The notes under the pieces are model-generated. The model worked only from the letters and a program-made list of their open reading frames with translations, ran no database searches and was not told the origin of the DNA. Positions 1 through 11,908 of a stretch of 64,000 nucleotides of DNA are shown here, one piece after another. Numbering within the stretch: position 1 is the first letter of the stretch; the number at the start of each line of letters is the position of its first letter. Source of the stretch: Felis catus (taxonomy: Eukaryota); the NCBI RefSeq assembly GCF_018350175.1, contig NC_058368.1, positions 128,776,001-128,840,000 of the forward strand. Reading direction: 5' to 3'. The position numbers and the translations under genes are program-made.

Positions 1-1557
1 TATCATTATCTGTAAGACTGACTCCTGTGTCTTTGCTTGCTCTTGAATAGAACAAACCTTCTAAGAACTGTTTCATTTACTTTAAACTGTATTTAGATTT
101 CATCTTGAGATGGGTTTTGTGCTTCAGTTTGAACATAGTTATATATGGTGTACTTGGAATTCACAAGTACTTGAAACCAAATGGAGACCATTTATAAATG
201 ATAAACTCCAGAGAAGCGTGGAACCAGAGCATCAAAGAAGAAATGGGTTATAATAGGTATATATGTATTGTGCCTGCCTTTTTTCCTAGCTGGATTCATA
301 GCACTTTTAAAATAAACATTATATTTCCCTAATAAAAGACTTACCATTAGCTCTATTCCATTTCCAGATCCATCTATATGAAACTTATCAAATAATTTTG
401 AAATCTATTATCATGGAATTTTATATTTAACATGCATATGACACCATCAGCATTGTATATATATTTAGAGAGTTTTACTAAAGCACTCCTTTATAGAAGA
501 ATTCTCAGTTGAAATAGGGCTAGGGGATTAGATCTCGAATTATATCATTCACTTTTATTCATACATATGGCACCTACAAAGGAATTTAAAAATACAAGTG
601 ATATTTTTATACATCTTAAATTAGTAGTAATGGGTAATTTGTACCTTGCTTACTAGGTATATGTGTAAAAACAGGTCGCACTCCTAAGATGTTTTTGAAT
701 GTATGTTCAGATCTGTATCCACATATTCAATTCCATTTAATAATGTAGACTCAGAATTGTTTATTTCCACACCTCTGGTCCAAGTGTGGACCCAGAGATG
801 CAGAATGATGTAGATATCTGAAAAATCTTTGGGTAACCTTTTTTTAGCTCACTTGGATATTTCTCAGCCCTTCTTTCCCCAGTACTTGTTGAATAACCTA
901 AACTTTCTTGTAGCCAGGATAACTTCATCAGGGATCACCTATGGTCAGCTCTCTCCCTTCTCTCAGATACAAGAGTGCAATTGCAGGGTTCAAGTTGACA
1001 TTGCGGTTTCCTTAATCTCTCCCAAGGCATCATCACAGAGGCCTCTAGTCCTAGCCTGCCATTTATTTTACCTCGTTTTTATATCCAATATGCCATTCTG
1101 TTACCTAACACTTCCCACAGGTATAATTGTATATTAAAGCTGATTTCTTCACTATCTTGGAAAATTCATGTATACTAGAATTTGCCTAAGACACTGTATG
1201 ATTGGAGTGGGATTATATCCTGGGTATGGTTTATGAGTGAACTGTAAGTCACCTTGTTAGTAGATTGCCTTGTCAAGTTTTTTGTCTGTATCTTATTAAT
1301 TAAAAGAAATTTTCAGTCTTTTTTCATTACCACACTTAGCAATTTGCAATACTGAGTACAGTAGTCCAGCTCACAAAAGAGCTCTTAAGCAGAGTTTAGC
1401 AAAGAAGTGACACTGAAAAGGGCTTCAACTACATCCTTTCTGGGCTTGAGTTCACATCACCTAATTAATGAATGGTATGCAATTAATAACCATTAACTTG
1501 ACTATGCTACAAAAACAGGGATGAGCTTTTTAAAGGCATCCAGAGCCTTTCCTTTTT

Positions 1558-1775
1558 CTTTTTTTAAAAGTACACATTTTTTTTAATATTTATTTTTGAG
1601 AGAGAGAGACAGCACAAGCAAGGGATGGGCAGAGAGTGAGAGTGGGGATACAGTATCTAAAGTGGGCTCTGCACTGACAGCCACAAGCCTGATGCAGGGC
1701 TCAAACTCATGAACTGTACGATCATGACCTGAGCCGAACTTGGACGCTCAACCAACTGAGCCACCCAGGCACCCC
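1558..1775 (-). mobile_element. CanSINE (feline-type tRNA-derived SINE)
   Basis: Reverse complement of the GGGGTGCCTGGGTGGCTCAG head ends at 1775. The element has a (GA)n tract and T-rich tail. TSD agcctttccttttt at 1544-1557 and 1777-1790. Confidence 0.93.
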
Positions 1776-2609
1776 AAGCCTTTCCTTTTTTTTTTTTAAA
1801 GTCTTTTCAGTGTAATCCTTCACAAACAATAGTAATGCACAATATACATAGAAAAATACATGAATTCAAACATTGAAAGCTTTTTACAACTGAATTTGTT
1901 TCTTTTCCCATTGTCAAGGCTCTTTTATAAAAGATAATTTGCTCTAACTGAATACCCTGCTGCCTGTAGAAATGAGTGAGATTGTCAGAGAGTAGTCATT
2001 CATTAACAATATATTTAGAGAAAGTTCTGAAATAACAGATTTTGATATAGCTCATGCCTTGTGGAGTATGGGTTCTTCCTCTTCTTCCTTGAGATTAGTT
2101 AAAAATTATATCCTTTGGAACTTCATTCCAGGGGACTCTTGGATGTGACCCTCTCAGAATGGGGTTGACCCCATGCATCACTTTCTGATTGTCAGCTCCA
2201 CTGGGCTCAGCCTCAGATGGAGGAGGGCCATTGTTGATATACTGCTTCAAATCCCAGGTCAGGGAAGCGCAGTCAATGGTATAAGATATGGAAGGCTTGG
2301 TGGACAGACACTCTTTGTTGGATGGGAATAGAGAGGGAATGAAGCATTGTCTGCCTCCCACCTAATGGTATTTATTAATTTAAGGGCTGCATGCTTCTGT
2401 GCCTTCAGGCTGTCCTGCTTATCAATTTAGTGGTAACTGGTATCTTTGCAAGCCTTGAGAAGTTGTTTTTATGAGGGTACAATCATGATAAGCCTCAAAA
2501 TCTATAGCAATAGTTTCATGAACAGTGTGATGATGCTCTTCATGTGCTCAAGGAATTTATAGTGGGTGACATAAAGTTCGAGGGCACCAAGCACCTAACA
2601 GGGTGTCTA

Positions 2610-4470
2610 CAAAACTAACATTTTTCCATACAATGATGTCTTCCATTCTGGTCATTTCTGTCACTATTCCTTCATTTATGTAGGTTCACGTTTTCATCTG
2701 TATCATTTTCCTTCAACCTGAAGTACTTTCTTTAATGTTTCTTGTAGTAGGGGGTTGTGATAAATTCAGCCTTTGTCTGAAAATGTTATTTTGCCTATAT
2801 TTTTTAAGGATATTTTCACTTGATAAAGAATTTTAAGTTGACAGTTTTGTTATCTTTCAGCACATCCATTGTTTTATACCTTGTATTCTTTCTGATAAGA
2901 ACTCAGTAGTATTTATTTTAGTTTCTTCTGTAAATAAATCTTTTTTTTTTCCTGTAGCTGATTTTAAGATTTTCTCTTTACCATTAGTTTTTAGCAACTT
3001 GATTTTGATGTGCTTTGGTTTTGTATTTCTCCTGCTTGTAGTTTTTTTGTTTTGTTTTGTTTTGTAGATTTGTTTTATTGATTTGGAATATTTTTACTCA
3101 TTATTTCCACCCCTTTCTGTCTCTTCTCTGTGACTCCACTTACATGTATGTTAGACTGCTTGATATTGTCCCACAGCTCACTGAGGCTCTAGTTCAGCTT
3201 TTAAGTTTTTTTCTCTCTCTTGCATCAGTTTGGAGTTTCCACTGCCTTGTTTTCAAAGTTATTGTTCTTTTCTTCTGCAGTGTCAAATTTGCTGTTGGGC
3301 AAGTCCATCATATTTTTCACCTAATATATTTTTCACCTGTATAAGTTCCACTTGGTTCTTTTTAATAGTTTCTATTTTTCACTTTATGTTCACTTTTATG
3401 TCTTAGAATGTATTTATAGTAGCTGTGATAAAGTCTTTGTATTTACCACCTAATTAATGAACAATTTCTATCATGTTTGGGTCTGTTTCTGTTGACTGGC
3501 ATGATCACACTTTCCTTCTTCACTTCTTGATTGGATGATGAACATTGAAATAATGTATTGCTTACTGTCTGGGTTTTCTTGTCCTCCTTTTAAAAATGTT
3601 GAGTTTTGTTTTGGAGTACTTGAAATTACATGTTAATCAGCCCAAACTTTTAGAGGCTTATTTTTAAGTTTTGTTAGGGTTGATCTAGCAGTGGTATCAA
3701 AATAGGAGCTTCTACAATGATGAAAATGTTTTATATTTGCTCTTTCCACTTGAAATGCGTCTAGTGCAATTGAGGAACTGGATTTATTTTATTTTAAATA
3801 ATTTAGATAACAGTGTGTGGCTAGTGGCTATTGTATGGTCCAATGCATGTGTAGAGTCACCTCTGCTCTCATGCCAACTTATCCTTACTCCTAAAGAGTG
3901 ATCTTTGATCTTTCAGAATTGTTTATATATACCGAATGCCCTGTGTGTTCAGTGAGGCATCTCTGGCTGATTAGAACTTGAATGTCTTTTAGTCTCAGGC
4001 ATCTCAAGCAGTTGTTCAGTTTATAGCTCCTAGTATTTACTCTTTAACCAGAAATTGACCTTGCTGGCCCTGTATTATCTCACCCTACCCTCATATAGCT
4101 TAATACTCAGCTGTACACTCAAGTGGTTTTTAGATTTCTAGATTTCTAGAACTTTTTCTGTGTATATTCTGGTATTCTGCCTCACAAATTCTGGCCTCCT
4201 CAGAATCCATAAACAACATCTCTCTAGCACAACAAGACCACCAAATTCTGCTTGGGTTCCCCCACTCTGTGCAGAACCCCATAATATGCTTGGAAGAAAG
4301 CTCAGGTAATACAGCACTTACCTCATTTGTTTCCCTTCTCTCAGGGAGCACCATACTGTACTACCACTTGTTTAATATCTGAAAAGTTTAGTATTTTTTG
4401 TCTGGATTTCTAGTTGTTTATGGCAGAAAGACTAGTGTGGTACCAGTTACTCTATCTTGTTCTCAAGCCA
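2610..4470 (-). mobile_element. Old degraded LINE-1-like fragment (5'/ORF1 region; L1M/HAL1 type)
   Basis: T-rich strand bias and phrases typical of old L1 ORF1 regions in antisense. Family is from recall and boundaries are approximate. Confidence 0.55.
3689..3849. mobile_element. MER3-like hAT-Charlie DNA transposon relic, nested in the old L1
   Basis: Motifs ttctacaatgatgaaaatgttttata, cacttgaaatgcgtctagtgcaattgaggaactg and tgtggctagtggcta match the recalled MER3 consensus. Confidence 0.7.
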
Positions 4471-5765
4471 GTAGACTGTGTTTTACGAACACCTCTATTC
4501 TCAACCCAGTGATAATTGTTGCTGCCTTTGTTGGAAGCTGTAACACATTAAAATGTTGAAGATTTTTCAACCCAGCAAAATCACAGATTCTGTCTATTTA
4601 TTCTTCATAAGAATAGCAACTGATTTGGGGATTCTGCTATTTACAAAATTTCCACAACAAATAGTTATTCAATGTTTGTTACAAAATAGTTAAAATTTTA
4701 AGTACTTACTTAAACAGGGTATAAGTATTGAAGAAACTTTATTTCTTCTCTGAGATGAGAAAGAAGGTGAATATAAATTTGGTACATTTATGTGTTTAAT
4801 AAAATGGAATAAATAATCCACCTGTTGAGCCACTATTTAAAGTCCACTGCTTAAGGAAGATGGCGGCGTAGGAGGACGCTGGGCTCACCGTGTCCTGCAG
4901 ATCACTTAGATTCCACCCACACCTGCCTAAATAACCCAGAAAACCTCCAGAAGACTAGCAGAACGGATTCTCCAGAGCCAAGCGCAGACGAGAGGCCCAC
5001 AGAAGAGGATAGGAAGGGCGGAGAGGTTGTGTGCGCTACACGGACTGGAGGGAGGGAGCCCGGTCAGAGGGGCAGCCCGCCGGCCAAGCAGAGCCCACCA
5101 GTCTGGCTTGCAAAAGAGGAGGGGCCGGTCGGAGTGTGTTTGGACAGCAAACGGGACTTAACATCTGGAGGTTATAAGATAACAGCTCTGCTCGGAGAGG
5201 GAGGGCTGAAGGACAACGGGAGGGAAAGTTGCTGAGCCCTGGGAGGACAGAGCTCAGTTTGGTGGGGAACAAAGGCACTCGCCAGCGCCATCTCCCTCGC
5301 CCATCCCCCAGCCAAAATCCCAAAGGGAACCAGTTCCTGCCAGGGAACTTGCTTGCACCTCGCAAACACCCAACGCTGTGCTTCTGTGGATCCATCCCTC
5401 TGGCGGGCCTGACTCCCTCCCAGTGCTGCAGGGCCACTCCCGAAGTGGATCTTCCAAGGAAAAGCGAGCTGAGCCTACCCCTCCCACCCCCGTGCACCTT
5501 GCCAATCCACCCCAGCTAATACGCCAGATCCCCAGCACCACAAGCCTGGCAGTGTGCAAGTAGCCCAGATGGGCCACACCACCCCACAGTGAATCCCACC
5601 CCTAGGAGAGGGAAAGAGAAGGCACACACCAGTCTGACCATGGCCCCAGCGGTGGGCTGGGAGAAGACATCGGGTCTGACTGGGTCCCGCCCACCACCTC
5701 AAGTTATTCAAGACAGCACAGGGGAAGTGCCCCGCAGTGCCACACCACTCCAGGGACTATCCAAA

Positions 5766-6881
5766 ATGACAAAATGAAAGAATTCCCCTCAAAAAAATGT
5801 CCAGGAAATAACAACAGCTAATGAACTGATCAAAAACGATTTAAACAATATAACAGAAAATGAATTTAGAATAAGAGTAGTAAAATTAATTGCTGGGCTT
5901 GAAAACAGTATAAAGGACAGCAGAGAATCTATTGCTACAGAGATCTAGGGACTAAGGAACAGCCAAGAGGAGCTAAAAATTGCTATTAATGAGCTGCAAA
6001 ATAAAATGGAGATGACCACAGCTCGGATTGAAGAGGCAGAGGAGAGAATAGGCGAAGTAGAAGATAAAATTATGGAAAAAGAGGGGCGCCTGGGTGGCAC
6101 AGTCGGTTAAGCGTCCGACTTCAGCCAGGTCACGATCTCGCGGTCTGTGAGTTCGAGCCCCGCGTCAGGCTCTGGGCTGTTGGCTCAGAGCCTGGAGCCT
6201 GTTTCCGATTCTGTGTCTCCCTCTCTCTCTGCCCCTCCCCTGTTCATGCTCTGTCTCCCTCTGTCCCAAAAATAAATAAACGTTGAAAAAAAAATTATGG
6301 AAAAAGAAGAAGCTGAGAAAAAGAGATTAAAAAATCCAGGAGTATGAGGGGAAAATTAGAGAACTAAGTGATGCACTAAAGAGAAATAATCTACGCATAA
6401 TTGGTATTCCAGAGGAGGAAGAGAGAGGGAAAGGTGCTGAAGGTGTACTTGAAGAAATCATAGCTGAGAACTTCCCTGATCTGGGGAAGGAAAAAGGCAT
6501 TGAAATCCAAGAGGCACAGAGAACTCCCTTCAGACATAACTTGAATCGACCTTCCGCACGACATATCATAGTGAAACTGGCAAAATACAAGGATAAAGAG
6601 AAAATTCTGAAAGCAGCTAGGGATAAACGTGCTCTAACATATAAAGGGAGACCTATGAGACTCGTGACCGATCTCTCTACTGAAACTTGGCAGGCCAGAA
6701 AGGAATGGCATGAAATCTTCAATGTGATGAACAGAAAAATATGCAGCCGAGAATCCTTTATCCAGCAAGTTTGTCATTTAGAATAGAAGGAGAGATAAAG
6801 ATCTTCCCAAACAAACAAAAACTGAAGGAATTCATCACCACTAAACCAGCGCTACAAGAGATCCTAAGGGGGATCCTGTGA
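5766..6881 (+). pseudogene. L1 ORF1p, disrupted
   Basis: ATG at 5766 (MTK*KNSPQK...). In-frame stops at 5775-5777 and 5946-5948, a SINE insertion at 6083-6290 and a frameshift near 6738. The ORF-track fragment RHIIVKLAKYKDKEKILKAAR is classic ORF1p. Confidence 0.92.
6083..6290 (+). mobile_element. Young CanSINE (SINEC_Fc-like) nested in L1 ORF1
   Basis: Near-consensus body that retains CpGs. Perfect 17-bp TSD aaaattatggaaaaaga at 6066-6082 and 6291-6307. Confidence 0.97.
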
Positions 6882-6931
6882 GACAAAGTACCAGAGACAC
6901 CGCTACAAGCGTGAAACCTATGGACATCACA

Positions 6932-9900
6932 ATGACTCTAAACCCATATCTTTCTATAATAACACTGAACATAAATGGACTAAATGCGCCACCAAAACAC
7001 ATAGGGTATCAGAATGGATAAAAAAAACAAGACCCATCTATTTGCTGTCTATAAGAGACTCATTTTAGACCTTCAGATTGAAAGTGAGGGGATGGAGAAC
7101 TATTTATCATGGTACTGGAAGTCAAAAGAAAGCTGGAGTAGCCATACTTATATCAGACAAATTAGACTTTAAATTAAAGGCTGTAACAAGAGATGAAGAA
7201 GGGCATTATATAATAATTACAGGGTCTATCCATCAAGAAGAACTAACAATTATAAATATCTATGTGCCGAATACAGGAGCCCCCAAATATATAAAACAAT
7301 TACAAACATAAGCAACCTTATTGACAAGAATGTGGAAATTGCAGGGGACTTTAATACCCCACTTACAACAATGGAGAGATCATCTAGACACATGGTCAAT
7401 AAAGAAACAAGGGCCCTGAATGATACATTGGATCAGGGGACTTGATCCCCTGATTTAGAACTCTGCATCCCAAAGCAACAGAATATACTTTCTTCTTGAG
7501 TGCACATGGAACATTCTCCAAGATAGATCACATACTGGGTCACAAAAGAGCCCTTCATAAGTATACAAGAATTGAGATCATACCATGCATACTTTCAGAC
7601 CACAATGCTATGAAGCTTGAAATCAACCACAGGAAAAAGTCTGGAAAACCTCCAAAAGCATGGAGGTTAAAGAACACCCTACTAACGAATGAGTGGGTCA
7701 ACCAGGCAATTAGAGAAGACATTAAAAAATATATGGAAACAAACAAAAATGAAAATACAACAATCCAAATGCTTTGGTATGCAGTGAAGGCAGTCCTGAG
7801 AGGAAAATACATTGCAATCCAGGCCTATCTCAAGAAACAAGAAAAATCCCAAATACAAAATCTGGGGTGTCTTTGCTGCTCTGCTTCTATTTCCTTTAGG
7901 TGTAAAGGAAATAGAAGCAGAAGGAAATAGAAGGAAATAGAAGCAGAGCAGCAAAGACACCCCAAACCCAGCAGAAGAAGAGAAATAATAAAGATCAGAG
8001 CAGAAATAAACAATATAGAATCTAAAAAAACTGTAGAGCAGATCAATGAAACCAAGAGTTGGTTTTTTGAAAAAATAAACAAAATTGATAAACCTCTAGC
8101 CAGGCTTCTCAAAAAGAAAAGGGAGATGACCCAAATAGATAAAATCATGAATGAAAATGGAATTATTACAACCAATCCCTCAGAAATACAAGCAATTATC
8201 AGGGAATACTATGAAAAATTATATGCCAACAAACTGGACAACCTGGAAGAAATGGACAAATTCCTAAACACCCACACACTTCCAAAACTCAAACTGGAGG
8301 AAATAGAAAACTTGAACAGACCTATAACCAGCAAAGAAATTGAATCAGTTATCAAAAATCTCCCAACAAATAAGAGTCCAGGACCAGATGGCTTCCCTGG
8401 GGAATTCTACCAGACATTTAAAGCAGAGATAATACCTATCCTTCTCAAGCTATTCCAAGAAATAGAAAGGGAAGGAAAACTTCCAGACTCATTCTATGAA
8501 GCCAGTATAACTTTGATTCCTAAACCAGACAGAGACCCAGTAAAAAAAGAAAACGACAGGCCAATATCCCTGATGAATATGGATGCAAAAATTCTCAATA
8601 AGATACTAGCAAATCGAATTCAACACCTTATAAAAAGAATTATTAACCATGATCAAGTGGGATTCATTCCTGGGATGCAGGGCTGGTTCAACATTCGCAA
8701 ATCAATCAACGTGATACATCACATTAATAAAAGAAAAGATAAGAACCATATGATCCTGTCAATCGATGCAGAAAAAGCATTTGACAAAATTCAGCATCCT
8801 TTCTTGATAAAAACCCTCGAGAAAGTCGGGATAGAAGGAACATACTTAAACATCATAAAAGCCATTTATGAAAAGCCCACAGCTAATATCATCCTCAATG
8901 GGGAAAAACTGAGAGCTTTCCCCCTGAGATCAGGAACATGACAGGGATGTCCATTCTCACTGCTGTTGTTTAACATAGTGTTGGAAATGCTAGCATCAGC
9001 AATCAGATAGTAAAAGGAAATCAAAGGCATCAAAATTGGCAAAGATGAAGTCAAGCTTTCACTTTTTGCAGATGACATGATATTATACATGGAAAATCCG
9101 ATAGACTCCACCAAAAGTCTGCTAGAACTGATACAGGAATGCAGCAAAGTTGCAGGATACAAAATCAATGTACAGAAATCACTTGCATTCCTATACACTA
9201 CTAATGAAGCAACAGAAAGACAAATAAAGAAACTGATCCCATTCACAATTGCACCAAGAAGCATAAAATACCTAGGAATAAATCTAACCAAAGATGTAAA
9301 AGATCTGTGTGCTGAAAACTATAGAAAGCTTATGAAGGAAATTGAAGAAGATATAAAGAAATGGAAAAACATTCCATGCTCATGGGTTGGAAGAATAAAT
9401 ATTATTAAAATGTCAATACTACCCAAAGCTATCTACACATTCAATGCAATCCCAATCAAAATTGCACCAGCATTCTTCTCGAAGCTAGAACAAGCAATCC
9501 TAAAATTCATATGGAATCATAAAAGGCCCTGAATAGCCAAAGTAATTTTGAAGAAGAAGACCAAAGCAGGAGGCATCACAATCCCAGACATTAGCCTCTA
9601 CTACAAAGCTGTAATCATCAAGACAGCATGGTATTGGCACAAAAACAGACACATAGACCAATGGAATAGAATAGAAACTCCAGAACTAGACCCACAAAAG
9701 TATGGCCAACTAATATTTGACAAAGCAGTAAAGAATATCCAATGGAAAAAAGACAGTCTCTTTAACAAATGGTGCTGGGAGAACTGGACAGCAACATGCA
9801 GAAGGTTGAAACTAGACCACTTTCTCACACCATTCACAAAAATAAACTCAAAATGGATAAAGGACCTGAATGTGAGACAGGAAACCATCAAAACCCTAGA

Positions 9901-10795
9901 GGAGAAAGCAGGAAAAGACCTCTCTTACATCAGCTGCAGCAATCTCTTACTCGACACATCCCCAAAGGCAAGGGAATTAAAAGCAAACGTGAATTACTGG
10001 GACCTTATGAAGCTAAAATGCTTCTGCACAGCAAAGGAAACAACCAACAAAACTAAAAGGCAACCAATAGGATGGGAAAAGATATTTGCAAATGACATAT
10101 TGGATAAAGGGCTAGTATCCAAAATCTATAAAGAGCTCACCAAACTTCACACCCGAAAAACAAATAACCCAGTGAAGAAATGGGCAGAAAACGTGAATAG
10201 ACACTTCTCTAAAGAAGACATCCGGATGGCCAACAGGCACATGAAAAGATGCTCAACGTCGCTCCTCATCAGGGAAATACAAATCAAAACCACACTCAGA
10301 TATCACCTTACACCAGTCAGAGTGGCCAAAATGAACAAATCAGGAGACTATAGATGCTGGAGAGGATGTGGAGAAACGGGAACCCTCTTGCACTGTTGGT
10401 GGGAATGCAAACTGGTGCAGCCACTCTGGAAAACAGCGTGGAGGTTCCTCAAAAAATTAAAAATAGACCTACCTTATGACCCAGCAGTAGCACTGCTAGG
10501 AATTTACCCAAGGGACACAGGAGTGCTGATGCATAGAGGCACTTGTACCCCAATGTTTATAGCAGCACTCTCAACAATAGCCAAATTGTGGAAAGAGCCT
10601 AAATGTCCATCTACTGATGAATGGATAAAGAAATTGTGGTTTATATACACAATGGAGTACTACGTGGCAATGAGAAAGAATGAAATATGGCCCTTTGTAG
10701 CAACGTCGATGGAACTGGAGAGTGTGATGCTAAGTGAAATAAGCCATTCAGAGAAAGACAGATACCATATGTTTTCACTCTTATGTGGATCCTGA
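6932..10795 (+). pseudogene. L1 ORF2p (endonuclease/reverse transcriptase), disrupted
   Basis: Endonuclease motifs (AGVAILISDK, SKIDHILGHK, SDHNAMKLEI), RT motifs ([24 protein letters not shown] at 9065-9079) and the C-terminal CCHC ([18 protein letters not shown]). Frameshifts lie before 7496; stops at 7928, 8939, 9008, 9011 and 9530. Confidence 0.96.
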
Positions 10796-10891
10796 GAAAC
10801 TTAACAGAATCCCATGAGGGAGGGGAAGAAAAAAAAAAGGTTAGAGTGGAAGAGAGCCAAAGCATAAGAGACTCTTAAAAACTGAGGATAA

Positions 10892-10985
10892 GTTTTGGGA
10901 TGAGCACTGGGTGTTGTATGGAAACCAATTTGTCAATAAATTTCATATATTAAAAAAAAATAAAAATAAAAAAATAATAATAAAA
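10892..10985 (+). mobile_element. Tiny 5'-truncated L1 (last ~60 nt plus A tail) inserted in the 3'UTR of the full-length L1
   Basis: Repeats the L1 terminal sequence ttttgggatgagcactgggtgttgtatggaaaccaatttg. Perfect 15-bp TSD aaaaactgaggataa at 10877-10891 and 10986-11000, at a TT/AAAA site. Confidence 0.9.
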
Positions 10986-11123
10986 AAAAACTGAGGATAA
11001 ACTGAGGGTTGATGGGGGGTGGGAGGAAGGGGAGGGTGGGTGATGGGTGTTGAAGAGGGCATCTTTTGGGATGAGCACTGGGTGTTGTATGGAAACCAAT
11101 TTGACAATAAGTTTCATATATTA

Positions 11124-11174
<51 letters not shown>

Positions 11175-11299
11175 AGTGATTTAAAAAAAAAAAGTCCACT
11201 GTTTAAAAAGTCACCTGTACCCTCTTCTATTGTCTTATCATTGCCCAGCAGTCCATTCTTGTGCAGTCCTTAGAACAGCCCATTGAAGAAGACAGCATT

Positions 11300-11710
11300 G
11301 TTGTCTTCATTTTACACATGAGGAAACTGAAACACAGAGAGGTTAAGCAACACTGATGGGGTCACATAGCTAGTACATGGCCAAACTGGCATTTATATGC
11401 AGGTAGTCTTGCTTCAGAGCCCATGGTCTTTTTTTTTTTTTTTTTCATGTTTTTATTTAAATTGTAGTTAACATGCAGTACAGTATTGGATTCAGGAGCA
11501 GAATTCAGTGATTCATCACTTACATACAACACCCAGTAGAGCCCATGGTCTTAACCACAAACTTTCAGAAAGCCTATCAATGTGAACAGTATACAGATGA
11601 GTACTTGACATGTAAATATTTATATATACACAGTCACTTCATTCCCATTTTCAGATAAACTGAGATTGAAAAAAGTTAAGTGACCTTCTTGGTGTCCCAG
11701 CTAGTAAGAG
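11300..11710 (-). mobile_element. MIR fragments
   Basis: Core cattttacacatgaggaaactga...agaggttaag at ~11309-11346, and a second core cccattttcagataaactgag...gttaagtgacc at ~11644-11685. Confidence 0.7.
11431..11537 (-). mobile_element. Short carnivore L1 3'-end insertion inside the MIR
   Basis: Poly-T followed by L1 terminal sequence (...gattcatcacttacatacaacacccagt). Perfect 15-bp TSD agagcccatggtctt at 11416-11430 and 11538-11552. Confidence 0.85.
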
Positions 11711-11908
11711 GTATTTTGGCATTGCAACTGTGTTTCAGGGACAGCGAATGTGTGGATGGTCATCAGGGTGCTATTTTTTTAAATGAAAATGTGTAATATT
11801 GGAGACAACAGTAGGTCTGCTCATTAAGTAAATTGTGGTACAATGCAAGTGAAACAACTATCTTTTTTTATGTTGAAAAATACTGTCAGGGGAGAAAACC
11901 AGCAAATA

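Larger units (their letters stand above)
4855..11190 (+). mobile_element. Full-length feline-type LINE-1, inactivated
   Basis: Starts GGAAGATGGCGGCG (YY1-type site) and has a GC-rich 5'UTR, ORF1, ORF2, G-rich 3'UTR and (AAAT)n tail. The 16-bp TSD aaagtccactgYttaa is at 4839-4854 and 11191-11206 (1 mismatch), at a TT/AAAG endonuclease-type site. Confidence 0.97.

Noticed and set aside
829..1137. 102-aa plus-strand ORF
   Set aside because: Non-ATG start, intronic, and no recognisable homology or exon structure.
5029..5777. Stack of overlapping ORFs on both strands
   Set aside because: This is the GC-rich L1 5'UTR, which has few stops. There is no support for an ORF0-like product.
11014..11048. 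G-quadruplex-like G runs
   Set aside because: Standard feature of L1 3'UTRs.
6327..11199. Antisense ORFs over the L1
   Set aside because: Shadow frames of L1 ORF1/ORF2 and low-complexity tails.
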